A stretch of 64,000 nucleotides of DNA. It comes from Fimicolochytrium jonesii. Its lineage: Eukaryota. Shown in pieces: positions 1-12,491 of the stretch; the stretch's first letter is position 1, and every line of letters begins with the position of its first letter. The translations under genes and the position numbers were made by a program. The notes beneath the pieces were generated by a model. That model ran no database searches and had not been told where the DNA came from. It worked only from the letters and a program-made list of their open reading frames with translations. Where the stretch lies: positions 496,001-560,000 of the forward strand of contig NW_026515683.1 of NCBI RefSeq assembly GCF_025526975.1. Direction: 5' to 3'.

Positions 1-1182
1 GTCTTAACCGCCGCGGAAAAGCGGGAAGCGCCCGTCCTCGCGCACAAGCTCCGCAAACATGAGTTCGCGAACCTCGCTACCATGCTTGCTGTCCTGTATT
101 TGGGGCTGGCGGCGGCTGTGGGGGGGCGGTTGAGCGCGAAAAAGGAGATTGCGCCCATGCATCCTGAGGAGAGGCTGGTGACGATGGGGATCTGGACAGT
201 GCATTTTGGACTGGATAATGAGATGTATAGCTCGCACAAGCGGATGGCGGAGGTTATTGGGGAGTTGGAGTTGGATGTCATTGGTACGTGTTTCATCGCG
301 CTGGCCTATCTGCTCAGGGAATTTGGACAGCAACTGATACACTTCATCCACCCCAAACAGGCCTTCTCGAATCCGACACCTACCGCATCATCATGGGCAA
401 CCGCGACCTCACCCAATACCTCTCCTCCACCCTCGGCATGTACGCCGACTACGGCCCCTCCCCCACAAAACACACCTGGGGCTGCTCCCTTCTCTCCCGC
501 TTCCCCATCACGTCCTCCACTCACCACCTCCTCCCTTCCCCGGCCGGTGAGCTCGCGTGCGCGATCCACGCCACGCTCGACGTCCACGGCACGCCGGTTG
601 ATGTCGTGGTCAGTCACAATGGACAGGAGGAGGACTGGGTGGACCGGAAGTTGCAGACCAATTATCTGGCGGGGCTTTTGGCGGGCAGCAAGAACCCGAG
701 TGTGTTTTTGGGGTATGTGGTGACGAAGCCGGGATTGCGGGAGGAGCTCTATAGGACGCTTGTGGAGAAGGGGAGGGTGGAGGATGTGGATGAGAGTGAT
801 TGGGATCGGTAAGTTGCCGGATTCTTGAAGCTTTCTTGTTGATCATGGAACGAAGATTTTAACACATCCTTTTCCTGCTCATCTTTTCAACAGCTGGTGC
901 CAATACATCTTCTTCCGCGGCCTGCACCGCACCGGCTACGCGCGCATCTCCCACGGCGGAATCACCGACACAGAGATCCAGACCGCCAAATTCGTCGTGC
1001 CCACAACCCCCCTGTCCCTGCCCCCCACATCGAAAATCGCCCACGCGTTGACCCGAACACCCGAGAGGGATGTACCGAAGGGACGAATGTACCCGGAGCA
1101 GTTCAAGGGGAAGGGGGTGAGGGGACACTTTTATCATGTGTTTGGGGAGCCGAGGTATTGGACGGAGGGGACGAGTGAGTAG
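1..1182 (+). CDS. CWH43: CWH43/PGAP2-interacting protein, C-terminal EEP domain (5'-partial; introns about 284-360 and 809-893)
   Basis: Spliced translation gives [105 protein letters not shown]. All are characteristic of the Cwh43 C-terminus. GT-AG introns join the frames. Confidence 0.93.
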
Positions 1183-1387
1183 GGCGTAGACAGACGGCGT
1201 ATGAGTGATTTGAATTTTTTTTGTTTTGTTATGGTGTGATGGAGGGAACCTTTTTCTGGTGGAATGGGGTGTTTGGGCTGGATGATGCACTACAGCGATG
1301 TACTGTATATATGATGAAACATCCCAACTTAGATTTGGGCTAGACTTCTACTCTAAGTCTATACATGTGAGCTCTATTCATATTCGT

Positions 1388-3310
1388 TCACACCTTCCTA
1401 GCCAAAAGCACCATATTCCGCGGCGAACTCGCATGCTCAAATAACGGGACGAGGATCGCCTGCACCACACCCTCTCCATGTCCACGCTCACCCGCCCCCT
1501 CCTCATCCCCCAACAACCCCTCCAACGTCACCCCACATCCAACAACAACAACATCGACATCAATCCCCGCTTCCCGCGACCCGCCAGCAGCCTCCACAAC
1601 AGCCACAAAGCGATCGACTAGAATCAGACTCTCCACGCATTCCGCAAGCAGCGCCCGCAACGTCCACGCGGCGGCCACCTCCTTCTCGCGCGCGGCGTAG
1701 CGACGCTCGTACGCTTCGAGCAGGGGTATGATCTGCGCGGGCGTGTACGGGATGTGGAGTTTGGAAAGGGCGGCGAGGGCGTAGGGTGTGAAATACGGCG
1801 TGTAGGCTGCGCGGGGGAGTTTGCCGAGGGTTATGTGGTGTGGGTGTTGTTGTTGGTGTGTTGATGATGGTGGTGGGTGGTGGGGTGGGAGGAGGTTGTT
1901 GTCCACAATGAGGATCTGCAACAAAGCCCGGAAATGATGTCGCCGGAAACTCTCCATCGAGGCCTCAGGGTCGTCCATCCATCGACAGGTGGCTTGGCAC
2001 GCCAGCATGCGGGCCGTGAAGCCGAGGGTGGTTGAGCGGGAGGTGAGGTGTGTTGAGAGGGGGAAGCCGAGGGTGTGGGTTGTTATCCCTGTGGGTGTTG
2101 ATGAGGGAGGGGAGGGTGGCAGGGAGATGGGCGTTGAGGGATTTGAGGGGTGTTTTTCGGAGAGGTGGTTGTAGCAGCAGCCGACGGAGACGAGGACTTT
2201 TGCGTTGCTGGTGAGGAAGTGTCGGATCAGGGCGGGGGAGAGGTCGCCGCAGGCGTGCAGGCCGCAGAGGAGCCAGTTGAGGGGTGCGGGTTGTGTGGTG
2301 TCGGTGTCTGGCGCGTGGAGCTCTTTCTCTCCACCACCGGCGCCCGTCCCCGTCCTTGCATCAACCTCCCTCAACAAATCCCCAAACCCTTCTCCCGCAT
2401 GCACCCGCCGATTCACATGCACGACCCTCCCTACCCGGACGTCGCGGTTCTTCGCCCCCTTGAAAATTTTCTCGATCATCGCCGACCGCCGTTTGGCTCC
2501 ACACGTCTGCACCTCGTCGTCGTCGACGCCGATCACCGTGTGCTGGTAGGTGTAGGCGAGCACGGCGTCGAGGTAGCCTTGCCCGGCGCCCATGTCCATG
2601 ATGGAGTTGATGGAGTGGGTGGAGGCGAGGTGGTGGATGAGGCTGGCGAGGAGTTGGACTTCGTGGCGTTTTTTTGGGGTCATGCCGTAGGTTACTTTGT
2701 TGTCGAGGTCTACGGACGGGGCGGAGGAGTCAGCACAGTATGGGGACAGGGATTACAGGGGGTGAAATGGCACTCACCAGTAGGATCTACGAAGCGACTG
2801 AAGAAGTGTGGTTGCGGGTTCCGAGGCAACGGCAAGCTTTTCGCTAACCGCACAAACTCCTTCAACGACTCGGGCCAATCTTCCTGCAAAACCAGAACGC
2901 AGACACACATCCAGTCAACACCAGCCGTTACCACCCAAGCAACCAAACCACCCTTCCTCTCCCTCCACGTCTCTTCCAACGTACCCCTCGTTGCTGCTCA
3001 TACCTTCACGGTTCCATTCGTCGCCAGCGCGAGCAGGTCGTCATAACTCACGGAGTCGTCCTTCAACACTCGCCATTCGACGGGGAAGGCGTCGGACTCC
3101 CAGCAGTTCTCGGTGTAGAAGTCGACGGCGTGAAACTTTTGGGGGGGAAGTCGAGAGTATGAGCCACCAAGTGCAAGTGGAGTGTTCACTAGGGCTTGCA
3201 GTATTTACCTCCCATAGCCGCCGGTGCTTTTCGAGAAAAGCGAGAAGAGCGTCGATGTAGGCGGTCAGCGAGGTGAAGCCCTCGGGGAGGCGGACATAGT
3301 GCTTGACCAT
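1388..3310 (-). CDS. METTL25B: SAM-dependent methyltransferase of the METTL25B/RRNAD1 family (multi-exon)
   Basis: Motifs MTPKKRHEV, IMDMGAGQGYL, LCGLHACGDLS, VSVGCCYN, ESLILVDR and SPRNMVL. The upstream ORF pieces (MVKHYVRLP.., HAVDFYT.., WPESLKEF) join through introns. Confidence 0.85.
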
Positions 3311-4164
3311 GGCCTTGGGGTGTTGGGTGGTTGCTTGTGTTCTTACAAGGGAGGTTTGAAAAAAGAGCTCACAAAGGAAGGTGTTCTCGCGCGAGACTTA
3401 TCCTGCGCGCGCGTTGGACTCCCCGATAGCTGGACATGAACACTCCTTTTCGCATCTCCCTCTTCTCCCTTCCCCTGGCCCCATACTGACATATCTGTTG
3501 CGAGCGGGCATCACTCACTGGGAAAAGGCGCATAGGCCCCGTCCCGAATCTTCCCACCCCGATTTCCTCGACTAATATTCAGGAACTGGGGATCACATTA
3601 AACAAATGAAATGTACAGGGGGCATATAGCTCTTTATATCCAGGCAATCACTTTCCATGTAAAGGAAGACGATATTGATGGAGCATCTAACCCCTACCGC
3701 TTTTCCTTGATACCGTGCGCATCCAGCTTATCCTTCTGATCCTTCCTACCTATACGACAGCGCAAAAGTCCCGTCTATATCTAGCCCCGATGCTGCAGCT
3801 GACGTACATATCTCCGGCGTGCTTTTGATCATGACTTTAGTAAACGATCAGAAACATCAATATGCGTCCGTCACGGTACTTACCGTTTGTGAGCCAGTAG
3901 TCTAGCTGAGTCAGTGTAATCTTAGCCGCTTCACAAAGGTCCTTTTTGTCGCTCAAGGTCGGATACGGGTCATGGATGTTGTCAAGAATCCATCCGTACA
4001 GGATCTCTACCTGCCAGCTTTCGAAGTTGCGTCGCTCTTTCTTTGGTTTGGGAGGTGAAGAGGACGCTTTCCGTTGGGGCCGCGGGCGGGTTTGGAGCGA
4101 CTGACAGTACCTGCCGAATTTGACGTTTTGACAGCTGAAACTGAACGGTTTGCAGACGGCATAG

Positions 4165-4295
4165 AGAGATCTCGGGCGACGCTAGAGCCACTGACGGTAC
4201 CTGCAGAGCGATCTCGGGCGAGGCTGGAGCGACTGCCAGGAGCTGCAGAGTGATCTCGGGCGAGGCTGGAGCGACTGCCAGGAGCTGCAGAGTTT
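4165..4295. repeat. 42-bp tandem repeat, about 3 copies
   Basis: ATCTCGGGCG recurs at 4169, 4211 and 4253. It gives 14-aa repeats in the minus-strand ORFs (LQLLAVAPASPEI). Confidence 0.85.
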
Positions 4296-6044
4296 GACGT
4301 CTCGACACCTAAACTGCTTGCCGACGGATTCAAGTTATCTTGTTCGAGACTCATACTCATCAACCGAAGGGAGATATATTGCAACCTCGCGAGTTCTCGT
4401 TCTAACATGTCGGAAGCTTGGGTTTGAGAGACACCGTTCTCGACACGGGTTTTCTCCAACACGGTCGATAGCAACGTAGACTTTTCTTCCAAGAACGTTG
4501 ACTCCATGCTTTTGATCGACCCAGTCCACGGTATCATGGTGGAAGCTGCGAATGCGAAGGGTGGTTGAATTTCGTTCGGATGGGCTGTGGTTCGGATGCT
4601 GAGGTTCGGCTGGCTGAGTGCCGGTGCTGGAGAAAAGTCGTATTTGTGGCATTGACACCTTCGCAAGCATCAAGCCTCAAGCTTCGTGCGGCGTAAGTGC
4701 CGCTGCATCGCGAGGCGTATCCACAAGGCCATATCACCTTGGCCCAGTACTTCATTCTCGCAAACCCCAAGTCGCAAGGCTTAAGCCTCAGATGTCCAGC
4801 CTTAGGCCCGGACTCTGGAGCCTTGAGCTTTTTGAAGGTGCTGTCAACGCGTCGGCGCGCAGATCCCACTCGTGCTCCACAGTCCATAATCGCATAGGAA
4901 GGGCAGTCCCTTTGCACTCCACAAATACTTTGGATTTACATCATGCCCTTGGATTCTATTTCCCCTCGTTTCTTCGTTCTAGGGGGGCAGTACCAATGGG
5001 GAAGCAAAATATACGTGATGCTCGGCAATAAGGTTTCTTGATGTGGTAAGCATGAGAACGCATAATGTTCTTCACGGTGGGGACTGACGTTTGTGTCGAC
5101 ATTCTCGTGGACGTTAGATCGTTGATGACAGTTTGCCGATCGCCGAGATGCTCGTCAATATGTTCAGACTGAATAGACTCGCGCTGTTGGCGAGGTTTGA
5201 TGACCTCGCCTCTTTATCTGCAACGTGAGGTGACTTTTCTTCCACAGACAATGCCGACTCGGCAGCTTCTTGCATGCCTGTGTGGTGTTCCTTCTCCATT
5301 TGATCGACGTCATTTCCGATAACTGGTTGGGCATCATCCACATCGCTATGAGTGACTTTCTCGTGGATCTCGGCAGCCCGCTCTTTGGGGCGATGTTGTG
5401 GCTGAGAGCCCGGTTGACCATTATTCAGGCCTTTTTGGAGCATGCTAAGCGATTGTTTGTGACCTACCTGTCAAAAGAGTACATACAGTACATCGGAGTC
5501 ATAGTCGGACTTTGAGCCTCAAAGAAATTCGACAGCGTGTTTCAGTCCTGGAAACGGTGAAACCTCCCTCGACTGAGCCCTCGGAAGATTGGTTTTACGC
5601 AGGAAGCATCTTCACCTCACTCTTCCGAGCAACGACAAGGACAGGGTTCCGGACGCGGCTATAGCCAGGCAGTTCCTCACGCCTCTTCCGAGCCTGACTG
5701 CCCCTCCATCGGCCACGGTATCACACTGCCTGACGAATAGCTCATTGCAATGCCGGCCTTCGGGGCATCCATCCCCGAGCTCGATTAGACCGAACACGAA
5801 CACCCAGACGTAGCTCAACTGGTTGAAATATCGCATGGATGGAGGGCGGGGACCGACTGCGCCGAGGAAGCCGATGTCGCCGACAAGCTTGAGTCCATAC
5901 GGAGGCAGATCCCGGGAGTCCAAGACGCTTTTCCACGAAATTCGATAACTTGCTGATGCTGATTGAGCCTTCCTGTCTGAGTAGATCGTAGATGCCGGTG
6001 ATTTTGTCAGCTCATATCGGCTTTTCCCGTCGAATATTGTTGCC

Positions 6045-6770
6045 AAATTCGAGCACGCAGAATAGCGGGCTGTGAAAATCACCATGACGAAAAACGGACG
6101 GTACTTCATGCACGTGCCTCTGACGGGGGAAAGCAAGAAGTCGCACCCCGGAACCGAGGACATCTGGTGGCCCTCGATCCAGGCAGCAATCCCTTTATGA
6201 CCTACTACTCGCCTACGAGGATGATGGCAGGTTCGTTCGGAACCCAGGCCGACGTGCTTGTTCTGTTTCGATGCTACCAAAGTAGACTCGACAGGCTGAC
6301 CAATCTGCTGGACCGGAAGGCCGGGGGGGGGGGGGGGGGGGGGGACAATACACCGTATCTCCCGCCCAAGGATCGACGTCGATTGTCCTTGCGACGGCTA
6401 CGGATACACGAGAAAACGAGGAACCGCACCCGCGAATGCATGAACAAGGTGGTGCACCACCTGACGAGCAACTATCAGTACAGTCACGGTTCCATCTTCG
6501 AAGTGGCGCATATTGTCGAGAGGCCCACTATCGTGGTCGACGGCAACATCCGCAAGGGAAAGGCAGGATACGCGCCCGCACCCGGCGGGACCTCCTCACT
6601 TGGCGACATGCACCCTTCAAGGCTGCGTTGCAAGGGAAGGCAGAACTGATGGAGGGGCTGACGATGGAGCTGAACGACGAGGCGTACACCACCAAAACCT
6701 GCGGATTCTGCGGTCGGCGACAGCAAATGGGTGGGGAGTCGTGTACTCGTTGCATGACGCCGACAGCGGT
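6045..6770 (+). pseudogene. Degenerate Fanzor2/TnpB-like RuvC nuclease gene
   Basis: Frameshifted pieces: RAVKITMTKNGRYFMHVPL; VALDPGSNPFMTYY (RuvC-I); KTRNRTRECMNKVVHHLTSNY; RDLLTWRHAPFKAALQGKAE..NDEAYTTKTCGFCG (RuvC-II plus Zn finger). It has a stop, frameshifts, a poly-G tract at about 6323-6344, and no recognisable RuvC-III. Confidence 0.75.
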
Positions 6771-8557
6771 GTCACGGCGGAGGAGTGCTTCGTCAGCATC
6801 CACCTGGATGGCAGCAGCGACTGCTTTGGAAGAGGAAACGGTGGAGGAGGTGCGCGCAGCCGCTGCGTCTCGTGCGCAGCGAGAGCTGGAGGAGGTGGAA
6901 GAGGAGATGGCGGAATGGCGAATCGACCACGAAAATGAAGACCGAGACGTATTTCAGTTGGATTCAGAAGCCCGCTCCGAGGTTGCATCTGATCAGGAAT
7001 TCGAGCCGTTCTCAGACCCAGAATCCGGTTCGAATACCGTTGTGTCGCCCATCCGGACGCATCGTTCAGATGCTACGGTGTCTACAGCTGAAGCCGCATG
7101 CGCTTTCCGATCCCCGGTGCATGATGAAGGGGGTTACTTCCACTGCAAGTAACGACTTAATCATGCATACGAGTTTTTACCACCTACGGTAGGCTGCCAG
7201 ATATCTGGTTACGACACCCCAAGGACACACCATCCCGAGCATAGCCGCCGGCTCAAGTTGGCGACCCCCATGCAAACCCTATCAGCACGACCGCTAGCCC
7301 AGGGCAACATTGACGGCCGGCCGGTGACTTCTGGGTTGCATAGGGATGCTCAACAACCCGTCGTAACGAGATGTCAGGCAGCCTATTGTACGAGGTAGGG
7401 TGGTGCATCCGCATTCGCGAGACCAATACCCCGTTGGTCATTCCCGAAAGGTGACCACTGGATTCCACCCGCGTCACTGCCGTGGTACGTGCTATGGGAA
7501 AATAAAGGGAAAGAGGACGACTAAATCCGGGAACGAGTCACGTGCGCTCTGAGGGTGAATATGAGTCACGACCGTGGCGCAGTTCACATCCGCACATCCG
7601 AACACGCAAGGAGGAGCAATGTAGTAAGTGCTGTCGTCTTCAGTTTTCCTTCGTCTTTCCTTTGTCATTTTTTCCCACGCAAGCCGTAGTCATTTCGGGC
7701 ACTCGACTTGCGCGATTGTCCAAGATTTTCTTGCTTCGGCCGTGGGAGCCGCCCAAGGTACCAGCGTTAGCCCGCAATCTCCTACGGGGCAAGGCTCAGC
7801 ACCGGCCGATGATTCCCGAGGTGGCCAGGACCCAGCGCCCGGAGGCGATGGTGCCCACAGCGCTCCAGAGAATAATCCTCCCCAGGGTCGAAAAGAGGGA
7901 GTTGCCGAAGGCTCAAGCGTCGGCTTTGTTGTCCCCCAGTCTGCGCCCATAAGCTCGTTTCCTCTGTCCGCTGAAGAGCTCGGCGTCGCTGCGTACTTCG
8001 GCGTCACCCCTGTTACGGCAACCTCGTTTACACCTGCTACTTCGAAGGACCCGGCCATCGCGTGCGTCCTTCGCCGTCGGGCCGATAACCTTGCGAACCT
8101 GTCTACGCTCAAGCACAATCTCGCCGTTAGCGCAATTCTTCACGGATTTTCTGGTTTTATGCATCCTTGCGAAGGACGAGAACGGAGAGTGGGAGCACCA
8201 CGTCTCGTACACCACCATCTTCCAGCGGTCCCGAACTTTGCTGTCCATCTTCCGCCACAAGAATCGCGATGCCTACTAAGTCTTGGAGGGATGCGCCCTC
8301 CGAGCGGTTCGACTTGGACGACACATTGAAGCAAGCATTGCGAGGTTGGCGACAGCAGTTTGCGCACACGGGGTTCAACCGCCTCCGCATCATCCAGCCG
8401 ATCGGACCAAGAGAACATCGTATCATCGTATTCACGGCCCTACAACGACTCGGTCGGAATCCATGCCTAGCCCATCGAAGAAGTGCACTGAGAACAGCGG
8501 TCATCCAAGCTCTCCTACACAACACCGGTGCCAGGCCGTCATCTGTTGCCTTGCTGT

Positions 8558-8603
8558 CTGATCCTCAAGCAAAGACCCGCGTCCTGATCCTCAAGCAAAG
8601 ACC
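8558..8603. repeat. Direct duplication with 26-bp period inside the recombinase pseudogene
   Basis: CTGATCCTCAAGCAAAGACC at 8558 and 8584. The period is not a multiple of 3, so it shifts the frame. Confidence 0.9.
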
Positions 8604-8815
8604 TTCAAGAGAGACGGCAAAAAAGTGCCAACCATCAGCGAGGTGCTCCTTACCGACAAGTCATTATCTCGTGCCCTTGGTGGCTTGCCCTGTGGAATGG
8701 TCTCGTTGCGACCAGTCACAGTGACCAGCCCCGTGAATATTGTCCCGGACGCGGCCAACAATCACCCCGTGAATGTGGTCCCGAGCATCACCCTCTCCGC
8801 GCGTGAGAATCCTGC

Positions 8816-8940
8816 TGACGCTCATGGCACTTCCGAGACCAATGACAATACCGCCTCCACCGTGGTCTCCGCGACCTCCGCCGAGTGACGCTCATGACGC
8901 TTCCGAGACCAAAATACCGCCTCCACCGTGACCTCCGCGA
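8816..8940. repeat. Imperfect tandem duplication of about 70 bp
   Basis: TGACGCTCATG..CTTCCGAGACCAA..AATACCGCCTCCACCGTG..CTCCGCGA occurs at about 8816 and about 8886. Confidence 0.85.
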
Positions 8941-11900
8941 GTGAGACAAAGACCTATGTGGGCGGTTACATCAATCTCACTTTCATGAAGGCGATCACTA
9001 TCGACAATCCGAGTGCTATACAAGATCCGCCGTCGGCCAACTGCGCCGACGGACGTTAGCGCGACTCTTCGGATCTACATTGCCACGACTAGGTTCGGCG
9101 TGCCGCAGACACCTTCGCCATTGATGGATATGTATTCAAGGACCGAAAGGTCGGCGGCCTAGGAGCGCAAGCTGTTGCCAAATCCTATGCGAAATCATCC
9201 TTCCTCTGCTTGCGTCTTGTCTGCCATCCACTTCGTTTACGTTCCGATTCTTACAGTCACCTCCACCGGAGCCTATCAACGAAGAAATACCAACGTCGCT
9301 CGGATCTTTGTTGTTGGCTCTCTTCGCAGAGAGAGATTTGCTGAATAAACCCTGGAGACAAGCTCTCGCAGACGGTGATTATTCCCTAAAGCCTTCTGCT
9401 CGATACCTACCGATCCTCGCCAGCATCAACCCTGATGGGTCTTGGGATGACAACAGCCACGCAACCGCCGGCGGCATGAACCATCGCTTCAAGGATGTTG
9501 TCAAACATACGAACTTGGACCCAGGAGCTACAACACTGTATTCGAACCGAAACGGTGTCGCTCGCGCAACATTGAAAGCGCAGGGTAAGTGCTTGAGTTC
9601 ACTCACTATCGCGAGTTCACTTCCATTGCTAAACCTATCGCTATTGTCTCACCGCAGGTTTGGATACCGTCAAACGTGTCCTCGATCATGGCCCCGTAAC
9701 GAACACCGCCATGACCAACTACGTGGGCCAGACCTCCTCGATGTGGATATGTCAAAGGTCTGGGGCACGGACGTGAAGGAGCTTGCGACCCTCAACCACC
9801 GAGTGCCAAGGCAGCTCAATAGCCGTACGAACTCCGTGCCTCGAAACCCGCTAAAAGGGTAAGTCTTTTCCCAACCAGCCATGCATCGCTTCGCACGCGG
9901 TCTGTCAACCAACCTCCCCTCATTGACACCCAAAACTCCCTTCATGGACACTCACTCACTTTGTTCGTTCGTCCGTGTTCTTCCTCTTCTCATATAGTCC
10001 ACACTTGCGGATATGAAACCCCTCTGGGCGGAAGAGGGCCTTTGTTGTGTTCTCGCTCGGGCCTTTGTTGTGTTCTCTCTTCGCTAAGAGATTCGCTCAG
10101 CAAATCTTGGCAAAAAGCTGTCGCAAAAAGAAAGGCGACAGGGAATGTACAGGGAAGGTACACCGGGGAATATACACAGAAACACCCGCAATAGCCAACC
10201 TACATATCAACCGGCAATCAACAAACCACAAACGAAGTCCAAGCCACTCCGCGACTCCTCCTGTGTACGTATATCCTCCTCCTCCATGTTCTTACCCTCC
10301 GTAGGCTTTCGTTAGGTTCGATCGTCGAGGCTTCGCACCAGACTCATTCATTTCTTTCATGTGTTCGACTCACAGGGAGATCGCTCAAGGCCAAGACGAT
10401 GTCCTGCAGGACCCCCCTGTGGCCGAAGGCCAACACGGAGACGCCGTCAAAGTCCAAGATGACCTTGGGTACGTACAGTCGCGAGGGTTGCGCCGGCGAG
10501 CGCGGCTCCATCACCAAAGAGGACGGCGCCGACGAGGGCAACGACGACGACCATGACGTTGAGGAAATTGAGGAGCTGCATTGGGATGATGGCTGGTCGT
10601 TACCGCCGGCCAAAAAGCAGACGCTGAATTGGCCGCTTGACCAGCTCTACACCGAAGCGGTTGAGGGAGACGAAGGATTGAGTGGGTCCGGCGGCTACTT
10701 GTGCCTCATGCGACAATGACGAAGAAGGGGCACCCCTCTCCGGATCCGGTGGTGACAAACTGGCGACTGAGTTCCGTCTCACATTCTTTGGGGAGAGAGA
10801 CCGCGAGGTAAAAGGAAGTACTGTATGAACCTTTTTCTATGTCTGTCACTAACAATTGAAATAGATCCGTAGGCTGTATTGCATGATGCCTTCTGGCTTC
10901 ACAAGACTTACTCCCAGTTGGTCTTGCGAATGATTCTAGAAGGTAAGCTCCTGCTGTAGTTTACCGTGTTTCGCGCAGTCAACTTACCCCCACAATGTCA
11001 AGGTGCAACAATTACCCCAATGTCAACATCTTTCTGGGGACCTGATTCCCTATCTGATGAAGGTGGCAAGGACCGAAGTGGGCGACCTCGAGCAAGGGAA
11101 CCGCGACCGGGGCAACAGAAGAAGCTACAACAGAAGCAACTCCTTTACAAGGGGATGCCGCTATGGGAATGCCGGTAGTCCGAAGACCTGGGGACACTGT
11201 ACGGTACCGTGTGTTTGAACACTACCTCTTTTTCAGCGGAAAAGGCTCGTGAATGACGTTTGGAGAACTGAACGACTCCATTGCACTGACGACCAAAACT
11301 CCAAGAACCGCGGATTCAGCCCCGACGCCAAGGATAGCCACCAGCTCCCAGCACAAAAAAAAACGCAGATGCCACCCATCTGATCCGGGCCCCGGCAACC
11401 TGGACCCCTCAACCTGGCCCACCCTTTCTACCACTCTTCACACCGATGACCTTGACACCTGCACCGCATCGCTGTCCACCCTTGCACCTGTCGACACAAC
11501 CTGGACCAGGCTGTGATATAGTACCCTTGTTGATATGGGGTAGCAAGTAGGGACAGCGCGCGCGTTGCGTCATCAGGAGTCAGTCTGGTTGGCTTACGTG
11601 ACTCAGGATAAGCCCCCCGAGCCGGCTCCTGGCTTCGGACCGGTCCAAAGGGAAGAAAAAGGAGCAGGGAAAGCCCGTGCCAGGTACTGTATGTATCAGT
11701 GGGCAACTGTGGACAAGAAGACGGCATACATCTACACCCCAGGAAGCCTAGGGTACGGTGACGTCGATAGCGATATCGCCTCGCAGGACATGGTCCGTCA
11801 GTGGAAAGACAACTGTGCCGGGGTTGGCGCTTGATCTGAATACGGTTAGCTTGGATCCAAACGGAGATTAGCTCATGATGACCGTATGGGTTGACGATGG

Positions 11901-12069
11901 CGGAGAGGTGTTACCGGCAACAGCGACCGGTGACTCTGCGCGGTTGCTGTTCAAGCGCTGGGATGGACGTACTGGGTTTCAGACTTAGACTTCTTCCAGA
12001 TGAATAGAGTAGACAATTCTAGCCATTGGCAATGATACCTGGTAATATTACATACAATCACCGCTGAAT

Positions 12070-12491
12070 ATGAGTGAATCCAGCTCAGAAACAAGAACGA
12101 CCTGAACTCCAGATGCCCCTCTCAATTCCGCCAATCATTACTCACAATGAGTGAATCCCACTCAGAAATAAGAAGGATCTCATGGCGCAATAAAGCAAAG
12201 GCCTCGAAAATGGTGAAATTCGGCAAAAGAAAATCTGTTCTTTGACCATCCTGGACGTTCGAAGTGATTTCATCAGGGCGAAACTCCCGAAAAATCAAAC
12301 GAATCTTGGCGAAAAAGATGATCCCAACGAGATTCGAACTCGCAACCTTCCGATCTGGAGTCGGACGCGCTACCGTTGCGCCATGAGATCCTTTTTCTTA
12401 CTTCCGAGTGGCTGTCGCTTATATTATCGGCGGAATGGAGAGGGGCATCTGAAGTTCAGGTCGTTCTTGTTTCTGAGGGCAATTCACTCAT
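12070..12491. repeat. Imperfect inverted repeat of about 120 bp (12070-12190 vs 12376-12491), including the first 15 nt of tRNA-Trp
   Basis: CTCAGAAACAAGAACGACCTGAACT.CAGATGCCCCTCTC.ATTCCGCC and GGATCTCATGGCGCAA on the plus strand match the reverse complement of the tRNA 5' flank and 5' end. Confidence 0.85.
12319..12390 (-). tRNA. trnW-CCA: tRNA-Trp (anticodon CCA), intronless, 72 nt
   Basis: Reverse complement reads GATCTCATGGCGCAACGGTAGCGCGTCCGACTCCAGATCGGAAGGTTGCGAGTTCGAATCTCGTTGGGATCA. It folds as a cloverleaf with anticodon loop CTCCAGA and T-loop GTTCGAATC, followed by a T-run terminator. Confidence 0.96.

Larger units (their letters stand above)
8060..9860 (+). pseudogene. Degenerate tyrosine recombinase, DUF3435/Crypton-like
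   Basis: HNTGARPSS (catalytic R, about 8524), FKDRK, LLLALFAE, YSLKPSARYLPIL and TLYSNRNG (HxxR equivalent, about 9539). After intron 9585-9657 comes KRVLDH...MTNYVG (H and Y nucleophile). Several frameshifts are present. Confidence 0.65.

Noticed and set aside
3405..3428. GCGCGTTGGACTCC as the missing part of a split tRNA-Trp (attachment site)
   Set aside because: The match is short, mismatched and in the METTL25B promoter region, so it is probably chance.
10340..11840. Short ORFs and splice-like signals downstream of the recombinase
   Set aside because: They may be the decayed 3' part of the element, but no motif was recognisable.
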